This document shows positions 1-8,219 of a stretch of 64,000 bases of DNA, piece by piece. The notes below the pieces were generated by a model. The model was not told where the DNA came from. It made no database searches and saw nothing but the letters and a program-made list of their open reading frames with translations. The position numbers and the translations under genes are program-made. This DNA comes from a virus (lineage: Duplodnaviria > Caudoviricetes), in IMG/VR virus record IMGVR_UViG_3300013121_000019, positions 32,001-96,000 of that record; one strand, 5' to 3'. Position 1 is the stretch's first letter, and every line of letters begins with the position of its first letter.

Positions 1-215
1 CTGTGGTTCCACAGCGTGACGGGGCTGGACGCGACGATGCTCCTGCCGGAGCAACATATCGCGAAGTTCGAGCGACGTAGGGGCATCTGGATGCAGATCT
101 TCGCGGCCAAGGGGATGGTGTTCTCGCCGCGGTACCTGGCGGCGGGCAGCAACTTCCAGAAGCCTGAGAAGATCGAGGCGGCGCTCGCGGCGGCGCGGCG
201 CGAACAGGAGGCAAC

Positions 216-599
216 GTGCTGACTCTACTCGATGCCATCATCACGATACTTGATGGTTTTCTGCTGCACACGCTGCAGAAGATCCTCCCTGCTTGCGACG
301 CCGCCACGATGGTGACGGACCGCGTGACGGGCAAGACGTACGGCCCGTTCCCCGAGTACGTCGATGGCGCGACGGGGGCGCCGGTCGAAGTGGTTATTCG
401 TGGCGGTAAGCTCGAGTGGCCAAGCGGTGCCGTCACGATCCTGCTGACCAAGCGGGAGCGTGCGGAGTTCGCTGTCGCACGGGCGACTCGCAATACCGAG
501 TCCATACGGTACTACCTCGGGTTCGCCCGTAACCGTGTGGTGACCTGGCACAAGGAGCAGACTCTTGGTGGGGTCAACCCGCCGTGGGTGCCGCTCTAG
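216..599 (+). CDS. hypothetical phage protein
   Basis: 127-aa ORF overlapping the stop of the upstream ORF; protein-like composition. Confidence 0.55.
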   Translation: MLTLLDAIITILDGFLLHTLQKILPACDAATMVTDRVTGKTYGPFPEYVDGATGAPVEVVIRGGKLEWPSGAVTILLTKRERAEFAVARATRNTESIRYYLGFARNRVVTWHKEQTLGGVNPPWVPL

Positions 600-632
600 C
601 AGTCAACTGAGACGTCCAACTCGGAGGGTAAC

Positions 633-971
633 ATGAAGAAGATCGTGATCGTGGTTATTGGCAGCGTGGTGTGGTTTGGCGGGTGCTACCTGATGGGCAC
701 CCTGATCGGCAAGTGGAAGGCCAACCGAGACATGCAGTCCCCCAGCGAGGAGGAGCTGATCGAAGCGGCCGAGGCGTGCATGCCGGTCAACATCGAGGGC
801 CTGCTCGCGCACCTGCGCGAGCTCCCGCCGGTCGCGCGGCGCGAGTTCGTCGCCATGATGCTCGAGGGCGATGGCAGCTGGGACACGGCCGCCCGCCACG
901 CCAGCCAGATCGGGGCCTGCCGCGTCATCGGCCCGTTCTGCGAGTACGACAACGGAGAGGAGGTGAAGTGA
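633..971 (+). CDS. hypothetical protein with N-terminal membrane anchor
   Basis: GGAGG RBS before ATG; MKKIVIVVIGSVVWFGGCYLMGTLIG hydrophobic N-terminus. Confidence 0.7.
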   Translation: MKKIVIVVIGSVVWFGGCYLMGTLIGKWKANRDMQSPSEEELIEAAEACMPVNIEGLLAHLRELPPVARREFVAMMLEGDGSWDTAARHASQIGACRVIGPFCEYDNGEEVK

Positions 972-1113
972 TGCGAATGTCCGTGGGCCCCGCAGGGGGC
1001 TGGGCCCACACGTCTCAGGTCTGAGTACAAGACGAATGACGTGGTGCGGTGACGAGGCCGGCTCCCCTAGGGTGAGCCCTTCTTCACTAGCTACTGCAAA
1101 CCAGTGGCGATCG

Positions 1114-1122
1114 CGGAATAAG
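1114..1122 (+). promoter_or_regulatory. putative phage promoter element CGGAATAAG
   Basis: Intergenic and upstream of the 1185 gene; the same or near-identical motif recurs upstream of many genes in the window. Confidence 0.6.
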
Positions 1123-1184
1123 TACAGCGTAGAGGATTAGCCACTCTACAGACATCACGCACCTACCAAAGGACGTGCACGACG

Positions 1185-3257
1185 ATGAGTACCGACAACT
1201 TCCCGCAGTTCGCCAACATCGTGGCGCGATCGTTCCAGCACATGGTCAAAGACCCGGTCTTCGTGGCCAACATCGACGGCGACGCACTCTACCAGGCGTA
1301 CCTCGAGGCGTTTCCGGAGGGGACCAATCCCATCTTCAAGAAGGCCACGGAGCACGACTGCAGCTGCTGCCGGCACTTCATCAAGCGAGTCGGCACGGTG
1401 GTGACGATCGAGGGCCGTGAGGTCCGCACGATCTGGGACCACGCCACCCTGCAGGCTCCTGGTGTCTACGCCCACGTGGCAACCGTCCTGCGGAACCTCG
1501 TGCGTAGTGCTCGCATCCGCGACATCTTCCGCGTGGGTGCGCGAGAAACCCGGTTCGGGGCGAGGGTTTCGCGCTCCCTGGATCCCGAGACGCAACGGGC
1601 CATCACGTGGAACCACTTCTACACCGGGGAGATCCCCAGCAACCTGCGGACCGACCAGGTCGACACCGTGCGGGGCGACTACCGCACGACCGTGCAAGTC
1701 TTCGAGCGTGGTCTCGTCGAGCTCAAGCCCGACGCGATCGAGACCGTTCTCTCCCTCATCCAGGCCAACAACCTGTACCGGGGGGAAGAGCACAAGACGG
1801 CGGTCATGGGCTTCCAGAGGCTCCAGCGCGAGTTCAACGCCAAGAGCGCGGCCGACCGTAACCTCTTCGTGTGGGCGAACGCCAACAGCCCCGGTGCGCG
1901 GTTCCGCAACACCGTGATCGGCACGCTGGTGCAGGATCTCTCCGAGGGCATGGATCTCGAGGCGGCCGTCCGGTCCTTCGAGACCAAGGTAGCCCCGCAG
2001 AACTACAAGCGTACGACGGCGCTGATCACACCCATGATGGTGAAGAAGGCGATGGAGACGATCGAGTCCCTCGGTCTCGAGTCGGCTCTCGAGCGTCGCT
2101 TCGCGGTCATCGGCGACGTCTCGGTCAACGACGTCAAGTGGGTCGACGGCACGGTGAAGCCCCTGATGAAGGGCGGCATCGGCGACAGGCTGATGCAACA
2201 CGCCACCACGGGTCGCGTTTCTAGCAAGAGCGACGAGGAACGCGCCGAGGACATCAACATCGACGACTTCATGACGAAGGTCTTGCCGGAGACCCAGGGC
2301 ATGGAGATCCTGTTCAAGAACGAGCACGCAGGCAACCTGATGTCGCTCACGGCGCCCGTACACCCGGAACCCCGACAGCTCTTCCGATGGACCAACGACT
2401 TCGCCTGGTCGTACGGCGGGAACGTTGCCGACTCCATCAAGGAACGGGTCAAGAAGGCGGGAGGCCGGGTGACCGGCGTCCTGCGGGTCTCGCTCAGCTG
2501 GTTCAACTACGACGACCTGGACCTCCACATCGAGCAGCCGTCGGGCCGCGGTATGAACGCGGCGATCAACCGCATCTACTTCGGCAACAAGCACGGGTGG
2601 ACCGGCGGTACCCTCGACGTCGACATGAACGCGGGTCACGGGGCCACCCGTGAGCCGGTGGAGAACGTCATCTGGCCCGGCAAGATCCCCGATGGGTCTT
2701 ACAAGGTCGTGGTCAACAACTACTGCTTCCGCGAGTCCAGCAACCCTGGCTTCGTCATCGAGGTCGAGAACGGCGGCAAGGTCTCGCACTTCTCGTACAA
2801 CAAAAGCGTGAGGAGCGGGCAGGACATCCGCGTCTGCACGCTACACATGAAGGATGGCCTCATCGTCCAGGTCGACCCTGGTGACCCGGGCATCACCGCG
2901 TCCGCCATCTCGCAGGAGAAGTGGGGCCTCAAGACCGAGACCTACGCCAAGGTCACGGCCGTGATGTTGAGCCCCAACTACTGGGGCGATAACGCCGTCG
3001 GTAACAAGCACACGTTCTTCGTCCTCGAGGGAGCAAAGAGCGACGAGGACACTCGTGGGTTCTACAACGAGTTCCTCCACCCCCGCCTCGAGCAGCACCG
3101 CAAGGTGTTCGAGGTCATCGCCGACAAGACCAAGTGCCGTCCCACCGAGGGGCAGCTATCGGGACTCGGCTTCTCCTCCACCAAGAAGGAGACCTTCGTC
3201 GTCCGCGTCCAGCAGGGCAAGAAGCAGCGCCTGTTCAACGTGCACGTAGGCACCTGA
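1185..3257 (+). CDS. conserved large phage protein with YfaP/DUF2135-like C-terminal domain
   Basis: 690 aa; HDCSCC motif; SLSWFNYDDLDLH...LDVDMNAG...PVENVIW...GSYKVVVNNY resembles the YfaP-like beta-sandwich signature. Confidence 0.7.
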   Translation: MSTDNFPQFANIVARSFQHMVKDPVFVANIDGDALYQAYLEAFPEGTNPIFKKATEHDCSCCRHFIKRVGTVVTIEGREVRTIWDHATLQAPGVYAHVATVLRNLVRSARIRDIFRVGARETRFGARVSRSLDPETQRAITWNHFYTGEIPSNLRTDQVDTVRGDYRTTVQVFERGLVELKPDAIETVLSLIQANNLYRGEEHKTAVMGFQRLQREFNAKSAADRNLFVWANANSPGARFRNTVIGTLVQDLSEGMDLEAAVRSFETKVAPQNYKRTTALITPMMVKKAMETIESLGLESALERRFAVIGDVSVNDVKWVDGTVKPLMKGGIGDRLMQHATTGRVSSKSDEERAEDINIDDFMTKVLPETQGMEILFKNEHAGNLMSLTAPVHPEPRQLFRWTNDFAWSYGGNVADSIKERVKKAGGRVTGVLRVSLSWFNYDDLDLHIEQPSGRGMNAAINRIYFGNKHGWTGGTLDVDMNAGHGATREPVENVIWPGKIPDGSYKVVVNNYCFRESSNPGFVIEVENGGKVSHFSYNKSVRSGQDIRVCTLHMKDGLIVQVDPGDPGITASAISQEKWGLKTETYAKVTAVMLSPNYWGDNAVGNKHTFFVLEGAKSDEDTRGFYNEFLHPRLEQHRKVFEVIADKTKCRPTEGQLSGLGFSSTKKETFVVRVQQGKKQRLFNVHVGT

Positions 3258-3325
3258 TGTGGCGGATGTTTCTGAATAAGGAAGTCTGGGAAGAAATACT
3301 ACTGGGATTCTACCAAGGAGACACA

Positions 3326-3736
3326 ATGAGCATCGACAGCATCTTCCTGTACGCCACCCGCAACAAGATCCGCTTCGCGTCGTCCCGAGGAGCCCTCACG
3401 GTCGAGCAGCTCTGGGACGTTCCGCTGCGCTCTGCCGATCAGTTCAACCTCGACGTCATCGCCAAGGGCATCAACAAGACCGTCAAGGAGGCGGCCGAGG
3501 AGAGCTTCGTCTCTACCAAGAAGACCACGGCACAGACGCAGCTCGAGACCGCGCTCGAGATCGTCAAGACCATCATCGCAGCCAAGCTCGCCGACGAGGA
3601 CGCGGCCAAGAAGCGCGCAAGCAACAAGCTCGAGAAGGAGAAGCTCCTGAAGATCCTCGCCGAGAAGCAGGACGGCAAGCTCTCGGCGCTCACCGAGAAG
3701 GAGCTCCAGGACCGAATCGCGGCTCTCGAGGAGTGA
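3326..3736 (+). CDS. conserved phage hypothetical coiled-coil protein
   Basis: AAGGAG RBS then ATG 3326 (MSIDSIFLYATRNKIRF...LTVEQLWDVPL); helical C-terminus. Confidence 0.75.
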   Translation: MSIDSIFLYATRNKIRFASSRGALTVEQLWDVPLRSADQFNLDVIAKGINKTVKEAAEESFVSTKKTTAQTQLETALEIVKTIIAAKLADEDAAKKRASNKLEKEKLLKILAEKQDGKLSALTEKELQDRIAALEE

Positions 3737-3757
3737 GCTGCTGATCGAGCAGTAGCC

Positions 3758-3796
3758 GGGACAGGCGTCTCCCGAAAGGGGGATGCCTGTTCTTTT
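3758..3796 (+). terminator. intrinsic terminator
   Basis: GACAGGCGTCTCCC-GAAA-GGGGGATGCCTGTT hairpin followed by CTTTTAGCTAC. Confidence 0.85.
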
Positions 3797-3850
3797 AGCT
3801 ACACCTACGCAAACATAGGCATAGTCACGAGATAACAGTCGTAAGGAGGG

Positions 3851-4666
3851 ATGATGGCCGACATCAGCTTACTTGTTAGCGACGACGACGCAACGAACGC
3901 CAAACCCTGGCGACAACATGACCTAACCGGACAGGTCATTCACGAAGTGGTGGTGGAGGCATGCATCGCCACCACGATAGACAAGCAGAAGAAGTGGAGA
4001 GTTCGCTGTCTGTCTTGTGGAGGTGCGTTCGCGCGTACGACCTACGAGATCAATCAGTACCGACGTGACCGCACCACGTTTTCTTGTCGGACGTGCTTCG
4101 AGGAGCTTCGCGACGGCACGCGCAGTGAGCGTCGAAGCTACTGGCACATGCGCCTGAAGCAGTTCTGGGACCAGTACGGCATCCTGTACGGTGCCAGCTA
4201 CCATCACGCAGAGATCGAAGCCCTACGTGAGGCGTTCTTCGCCGACGAGGGACCGCCGATGGAGCATTTGCGACCGGAAGACCTGACGGTGGCAGTAGCT
4301 GGACGGAAACAGCCACACACTGCCCGTATTCAGAACGTCTTCGAGCTGTACCCGGTGAGGGCCGGCAAATCCGAGGCGTTCAATTGCGAGTACTGTAGCC
4401 GACTGCACACGAAGGGGTTCGCGTGCACGTGCTGCCGCACGGTGGTGTGCTGCGCGTGCGTGGAAAACGAAACGCATGCCTGCGAGGGCAGCGGGCACGA
4501 GCACGACGAGTCCGCTGGATGGGTGACCGATCGGCACGGGCAGCTGGTATACGACTGGTACGCCGGTAGTCAGCCGGAGTTCCTCAAGCGCATCGCGCAG
4601 TCCTGCCTGCTCTCCAAGGTCAAGGTGACCAAAGACGGTGGGCTGGCGACATTCCGACGAGCATAA
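3851..4666 (+). CDS. hypothetical Cys-rich (zinc-binding) protein
   Basis: AAGGAGG RBS; several CxxC motifs (CLSC, CRTC, CEYC, CTCC, CCAC). Confidence 0.7.
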   Translation: MMADISLLVSDDDATNAKPWRQHDLTGQVIHEVVVEACIATTIDKQKKWRVRCLSCGGAFARTTYEINQYRRDRTTFSCRTCFEELRDGTRSERRSYWHMRLKQFWDQYGILYGASYHHAEIEALREAFFADEGPPMEHLRPEDLTVAVAGRKQPHTARIQNVFELYPVRAGKSEAFNCEYCSRLHTKGFACTCCRTVVCCACVENETHACEGSGHEHDESAGWVTDRHGQLVYDWYAGSQPEFLKRIAQSCLLSKVKVTKDGGLATFRRA

Positions 4667-4671
4667 GCGGT

Positions 4672-4709
4672 GAAACGTGCATCCCGGCGTGGGGCGCGCG
4701 TTTCACTAG
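4672..4709 (+). terminator. probable terminator hairpin separating the upstream gene from the RAMP-like unit
   Basis: GAAACGTGC...GCGCGTTTC inverted repeat followed by ACTAG, like the other terminators here. Confidence 0.55.
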
Positions 4710-4732
4710 GTACTACAAATCGCGCTAAACAA

Positions 4733-4741
4733 CGGAATAAG
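4733..4741 (+). promoter_or_regulatory. putative phage promoter CGGAATAAG driving the RAMP-like gene and array
   Basis: Identical to the 1114-1122 motif and the same 29 nt from an upstream CACTAG; followed by GAGGAGG RBS. Confidence 0.65.
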
Positions 4742-4762
4742 CACTATGAGGAGGTTACCTTC

Positions 4763-5419
4763 ATGACCGATAAGAAGACCGCAGATGATGCTGGTTCCGA
4801 GGCCAAGGGCCAGATCCCGCCGCCGAAGTTCGCGATCGCCGAGTTCATCCTGACCGGGAATGCCCCGTACGTCAGCAACAAGTTCTCCCAGGAGGCCCGC
4901 GAGATGATGCGGGCCAAGCAGGCAGCCGGCTCCACGGCTCGCAAGGGCGCCAAGCGCGAGCCCAAGGACTTCGACAAGTGCTTCAAGCAGTCGATGCACG
5001 CGACCGAGGACGGCAAGTACGGCGTGCCGGCGTCGTGCTTCAGGCAGGCCCTCGTCAGCGCTTGCCGCATCGTCGGGTTCAAGATGACGCTGGCGAAGCT
5101 CGCGCTGTTCGTGGTCGCCGACGGCATCGACGCGGACGACGCCAGCCCACTGGTGTTGTTCACGAAGGGGGAACCGCAGCACTTCGAGAGCGCCACCCGC
5201 AACGAGACCGGCGTGGCCGACATCCGCGCGCGTGGCAAGTGGGATACCGGATGGCAGATCCGTCTGCGCGTCCGGTACGACTCCGACATGTTCACGAAGT
5301 CCGATGTCACCAACCTGCTGGCGCGCGTCGGCGTGCAGGTCGGGATCGGCGCCGGAAGACCCGACTCCAAGACCTCCTGCGGTCAGGGATGGGGTACGTT
5401 CGATATCGAGGCGGTCTAG
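4763..5419 (+). CDS. stand-alone RAMP/Cas7-like RNA-binding protein (candidate effector of the adjacent 5-nt-period array)
   Basis: GAGGAGG RBS, ATG 4763, 218 aa. N-terminal strand EFILTGNAPY; YGVPASCFRQALVSA resembles the RAMP 'IPGSSLKGALR' helix; C-terminal Gly-rich loop GIGAGRP...GQGWGTF. No other cas genes in the window. Confidence 0.75.
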   Translation: MTDKKTADDAGSEAKGQIPPPKFAIAEFILTGNAPYVSNKFSQEAREMMRAKQAAGSTARKGAKREPKDFDKCFKQSMHATEDGKYGVPASCFRQALVSACRIVGFKMTLAKLALFVVADGIDADDASPLVLFTKGEPQHFESATRNETGVADIRARGKWDTGWQIRLRVRYDSDMFTKSDVTNLLARVGVQVGIGAGRPDSKTSCGQGWGTFDIEAV

Positions 5420-5420
5420 C

Positions 5421-6001
5421 GGCCAAGCTGGCTGAGCTAAGAATGGTGTGGCCCAGCATGCCTGAGCATGGCGAAGCGGGCAGGGCGTAGCTAGGAATGG
5501 CTAGTCAACGCACAGCGGGCATGGCATGGCTTGGCAACGCCAAGCAAGGCCAAGCAGGCTAGGTGGAGCAATCACGGGCTTGGATTGGCGAATCGTGGCA
5601 AAGCAGAGCGAGTCCAAGCAGGCTCAGCGCGGCGTGGCTTGGTCAGGCCAGGCAGGCGTGGCAGTGGAGGTGGAGCATGGAATAGACGAGTTCGGTCAGG
5701 CAACGCAGAGCCGGCGTGGCATGGCACCGCTGCGAGCAGCTCGGTAAAGCAAAGCCGGCGAGGCTTAGCTACACCAGGAAGGACAAGGCAAAGCAGGCGT
5801 GGCGGAGCGGAGCGGGGTGTGGCAAAGATGCGCGAAGCAGCGCAGGCCGCGCTGGGCATGGCAACACCGAGTAAGGAGGTGAATGGCCAGGCAGGCTGAG
5901 CAAGGTGTGGCGAGGCGGCGCAACGCGCAGCAGAGCTGAGCAGCACCATGCTGGCGTAGCTGAGCTTGGCGTCGCCCGGCGCGACGGGGCTTAGTGAAGC
6001 C
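5421..6001 (+). ncRNA. array of about 12 putative guide-like RNA units built from (RGC-NN)n pentamers
   Basis: Strict 5-nt periodicity from just after the stop codon to the terminator; phase resets at NGC-N-GGC junctions give units of 34-64 nt. Confidence 0.8.
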
Positions 6002-6040
6002 AGGAACGAACACCCTCTTCGGAGAGTGTTCGTTCCTTTT
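6002..6040 (+). terminator. intrinsic terminator closing the RAMP-like gene/array unit
   Basis: AGGAACGAACAC.CTC-TTCG-GAG.GTGTTCGTTCCT stem with cUUCGg loop, then TTTTAGCTAC. Confidence 0.9.
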
Positions 6041-6045
6041 AGCTA

Positions 6046-6408
6046 CTACTTCACTCGCGGATCGACCTTCGGAACGTGGCCAGACGGGTTGGCCTTCGGG
6101 ACGTCGGCCCGCGGATCCGCCTTGGCGACCAGCGTCTTGGCGGCCTTCTCGGCAGAAGGGTCTTTGGGCTCGCGCTTCTTCCGCGGGGCACCCGACAGCT
6201 CCGGCGTCGCCTTGTCCCGCTTCCGACGGAGCTCATCGATCAGCGTGTTGACCTGCTGACGGCAGGCCCCGCAGAGATCCTGGAACTCGAACGTCAGCGG
6301 CCACTTGACCTCGAGGGCAGGTCTGTGGGCGATCTGCTCTACCTTCGGCTGGTACTCGACGCGGGGGCACCGGTCGCACTGGATCTTGACGACCTCTTCA
6401 CGCGCCAC
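6046..6408 (-). CDS. hypothetical zinc-binding protein with basic tail
   Basis: CDRC...DLCGAC motifs; Lys/Pro-rich C-terminus. Confidence 0.65.
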   Translation of the reverse strand: MAREEVVKIQCDRCPRVEYQPKVEQIAHRPALEVKWPLTFEFQDLCGACRQQVNTLIDELRRKRDKATPELSGAPRKKREPKDPSAEKAAKTLVAKADPRADVPKANPSGHVPKVDPRVK

Positions 6409-6554
6409 GGACCTTACCCCGCAGCTTGTAGAAGAGGTACGTCTTGATCGCCGCCTTCTCGGACCTCACCAGGGGGTCGTTCGGCAGCGACTGGAACCAG
6501 GCGTCGAAGGCCGCGATGTCCGCGTCTACTTCCGCTTCGATCGCGGCCTTCTGG

Positions 6555-6776
6555 TCAGTTTCGGCTTCGACCTTGAGCACGGTACACCTCATTCGGGACG
6601 ATCGGCCGACGAAGCTCCCTCGAAAGGCTACGCCGCACGGCAGCGAAGTCGACACGCTGGCTGCCGTCCACCGGCTGTACCTCCAGCTCGTCGCCCATCA
6701 TCTGCACCAGCACCGACACCGCATCACCGTTGGCGTCGAGCGCGACCACCGCAGCACCATTTCGAATGTTCGTCAT
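6555..6776 (-). CDS. hypothetical protein
   Basis: AAGGAG RBS upstream of ATG; 73 aa. Confidence 0.55.
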   Translation of the reverse strand: MTNIRNGAAVVALDANGDAVSVLVQMMGDELEVQPVDGSQRVDFAAVRRSLSRELRRPIVPNEVYRAQGRSRN

Positions 6777-6878
6777 GACCGTTCTCCTTGTTCAGCTGAA
6801 GCCCACAGAGCCTCCTGGAGCGTTTGCTCAAGAGACACTATGTGACATGACACTCAGCTGATCAAGGGGAAAACCTCA

Positions 6879-7298
6879 TCAGGCGGCCATCTTGGCATCT
6901 CTTCCCATCACGATACCGTCGACGCTGCCGTGGTAGTAGGCGGGTAGCATCCCCATCGGAAGGAAACCGAAACGACGGTACAGCGCCTTCGCTGGCTCGT
7001 TGTCGGCGCGGACCATCAGGGTCTGGAACCGCACGGGTGACCGCTCGATGACCGCGCGCAGTAGATCCTCGCCGAGCCCCCGACGCCTGGCCGACTCCAG
7101 GACGCCGATGCGGACGAGCTCGTCGTAAGCCTCCTGGCGGTGCACCAGGCAGTAGCCCTGGCGGTCATCTGTCATGAGGCCGAAGCCGAGCTCGCGCACC
7201 CTGCTGACCGCCTCGAAGGACCAGCGGTCCCGCTCGAACACCTGGCAGTCCAGCCGGTGCACAGCCAACACATCGAGGTCGGTCATCATATCGATCAC
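6879..7298 (-). CDS. GNAT/RimI-like acetyltransferase
   Basis: IGVLESARRRGLGEDLL acetyl-CoA motif A; VRADNEPAKALYRRFGF motif B; YY..DGIVM tail; GTG start overlaps the upstream stop. Confidence 0.85.
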   Translation of the reverse strand: MIDMMTDLDVLAVHRLDCQVFERDRWSFEAVSRVRELGFGLMTDDRQGYCLVHRQEAYDELVRIGVLESARRRGLGEDLLRAVIERSPVRFQTLMVRADNEPAKALYRRFGFLPMGMLPAYYHGSVDGIVMGRDAKMAA

Positions 7299-7486
7299 AG
7301 CGTGGAACTCCCGAATACGCAGCCGCAGCCGCACTTGTACTCCGACGTCCCGTTGGTCTTCTTGACCTCGGAGACGAACTGGCTCTTGCACTTCGGGCAG
7401 GCCATCTTGCGGGGCCCGCCCTTGGCGCCCTGGTGAACTACGGTGGACTGCTGACCGGCCGGGATGATCGTTACCTTACGCGACAT
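7295..7486 (-). CDS. small zinc-ribbon protein
   Basis: GGAGG RBS; CPKC...CGCG motifs. Confidence 0.65.
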   Translation of the reverse strand: MSRKVTIIPAGQQSTVVHQGAKGGPRKMACPKCKSQFVSEVKKTNGTSEYKCGCGCVFGSSTL

Positions 7487-7496
7487 GGTGCCTCCT

Positions 7497-8219
7497 TCAG
7501 TCGCCGAAGATGACGGCGCCCTCCTCGGGATCGAACTCCTTCGGTGCCGAGGAGCTCTCAGAGTATCCGACCGGCTCGACCGGTGGCTCCTTCGTCGGCT
7601 GCTCGAGCCACGCTCGATGACCGGCGCAGAAGGCGGCCAACCCAAGTGCCGCCACGTACTCTCCGCGGTAGCGCGCCCAGTCGATCGGTCGCTGGCCGTT
7701 CTCGAAGGTCTCGCCCTCGACGCCATTGAGCCAGCCGAGGTACGGCATGCCGACCCACATGTCGTTGAAGGCCCGTTGGTAGATCGCCATGTTCTCGTCT
7801 GCGCCACCGAGGGCATCACGGAGCGCCATGTCGTTCTGGTACAGCTGCTGCAGATGGTGGTTCAGCGTGGCGGTGGTCTGATCCATCGATGTCTGAACCG
7901 CGCTCACTACGGAACTGGTGACATCCTCGTGTCGCTCCAGCGTCATCTGCTGGTTCAGGATCATCTCGTAAATGCCGTCGAGGCCATCAAGAAGATGACC
8001 CATCAGCTGCTTCAGGTGTGCCCACTTGACGAGACTTCCGTCGAGCTGACGACCCATCATGCTTCGCAGGCGATCGGTGAGCTTTTCCCTCGGCTGGCTT
8101 GGCATCTCGTGCAGATCCCTTGCCACCTTGCCGAGTTCCTCGACCTCTCGACGGTGCTGGTCCATCAGCATCTCGGTTTTCACCGCTTGCCTTCCCGCCT
8201 TCAGCTCCTGCTCGCTCAT
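7497..8219 (-). CDS. hypothetical coiled-coil protein
   Basis: 240-aa helical ORF in the minus-strand gene run. Confidence 0.7.
   Translation of the reverse strand: MSEQELKAGRQAVKTEMLMDQHRREVEELGKVARDLHEMPSQPREKLTDRLRSMMGRQLDGSLVKWAHLKQLMGHLLDGLDGIYEMILNQQMTLERHEDVTSSVVSAVQTSMDQTTATLNHHLQQLYQNDMALRDALGGADENMAIYQRAFNDMWVGMPYLGWLNGVEGETFENGQRPIDWARYRGEYVAALGLAAFCAGHRAWLEQPTKEPPVEPVGYSESSSAPKEFDPEEGAVIFGD

Noticed and set aside
1155-2789. 544-aa minus-strand ORF and similar long antisense ORFs (7464-8771, 54046-55503, 61326-63191)
   Set aside because: Shadow frames of real genes in GC-rich DNA; unnatural composition and no motifs.
4670-4762. N-terminal extension of the RAMP-like ORF from GTG 4670
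   Set aside because: It runs through a terminator hairpin and the promoter motif; the strong RBS points to ATG 4763.
5421-6001. Canonical CRISPR array or simple microsatellite
   Set aside because: There are no 25-45 nt identical direct repeats with unique spacers. It is also not a slippage microsatellite, because the dinucleotides vary freely while the triplet frame and junctions are kept.
5526-6013. ORFs in the array (5526-5747, 5531-5899, 5572-5949, 5765-6013)
   Set aside because: Low-complexity A/R/G/W/Q translations expected from a GC-rich pentamer repeat; no well-spaced RBS, and they overlap in several frames.
7987-8219. 233-nt same-strand gene overlap as possible recoding
   Set aside because: The downstream gene has its own ATG and a GAGG RBS, and no slippery site is evident; the overlap tail looks like simple read-through.
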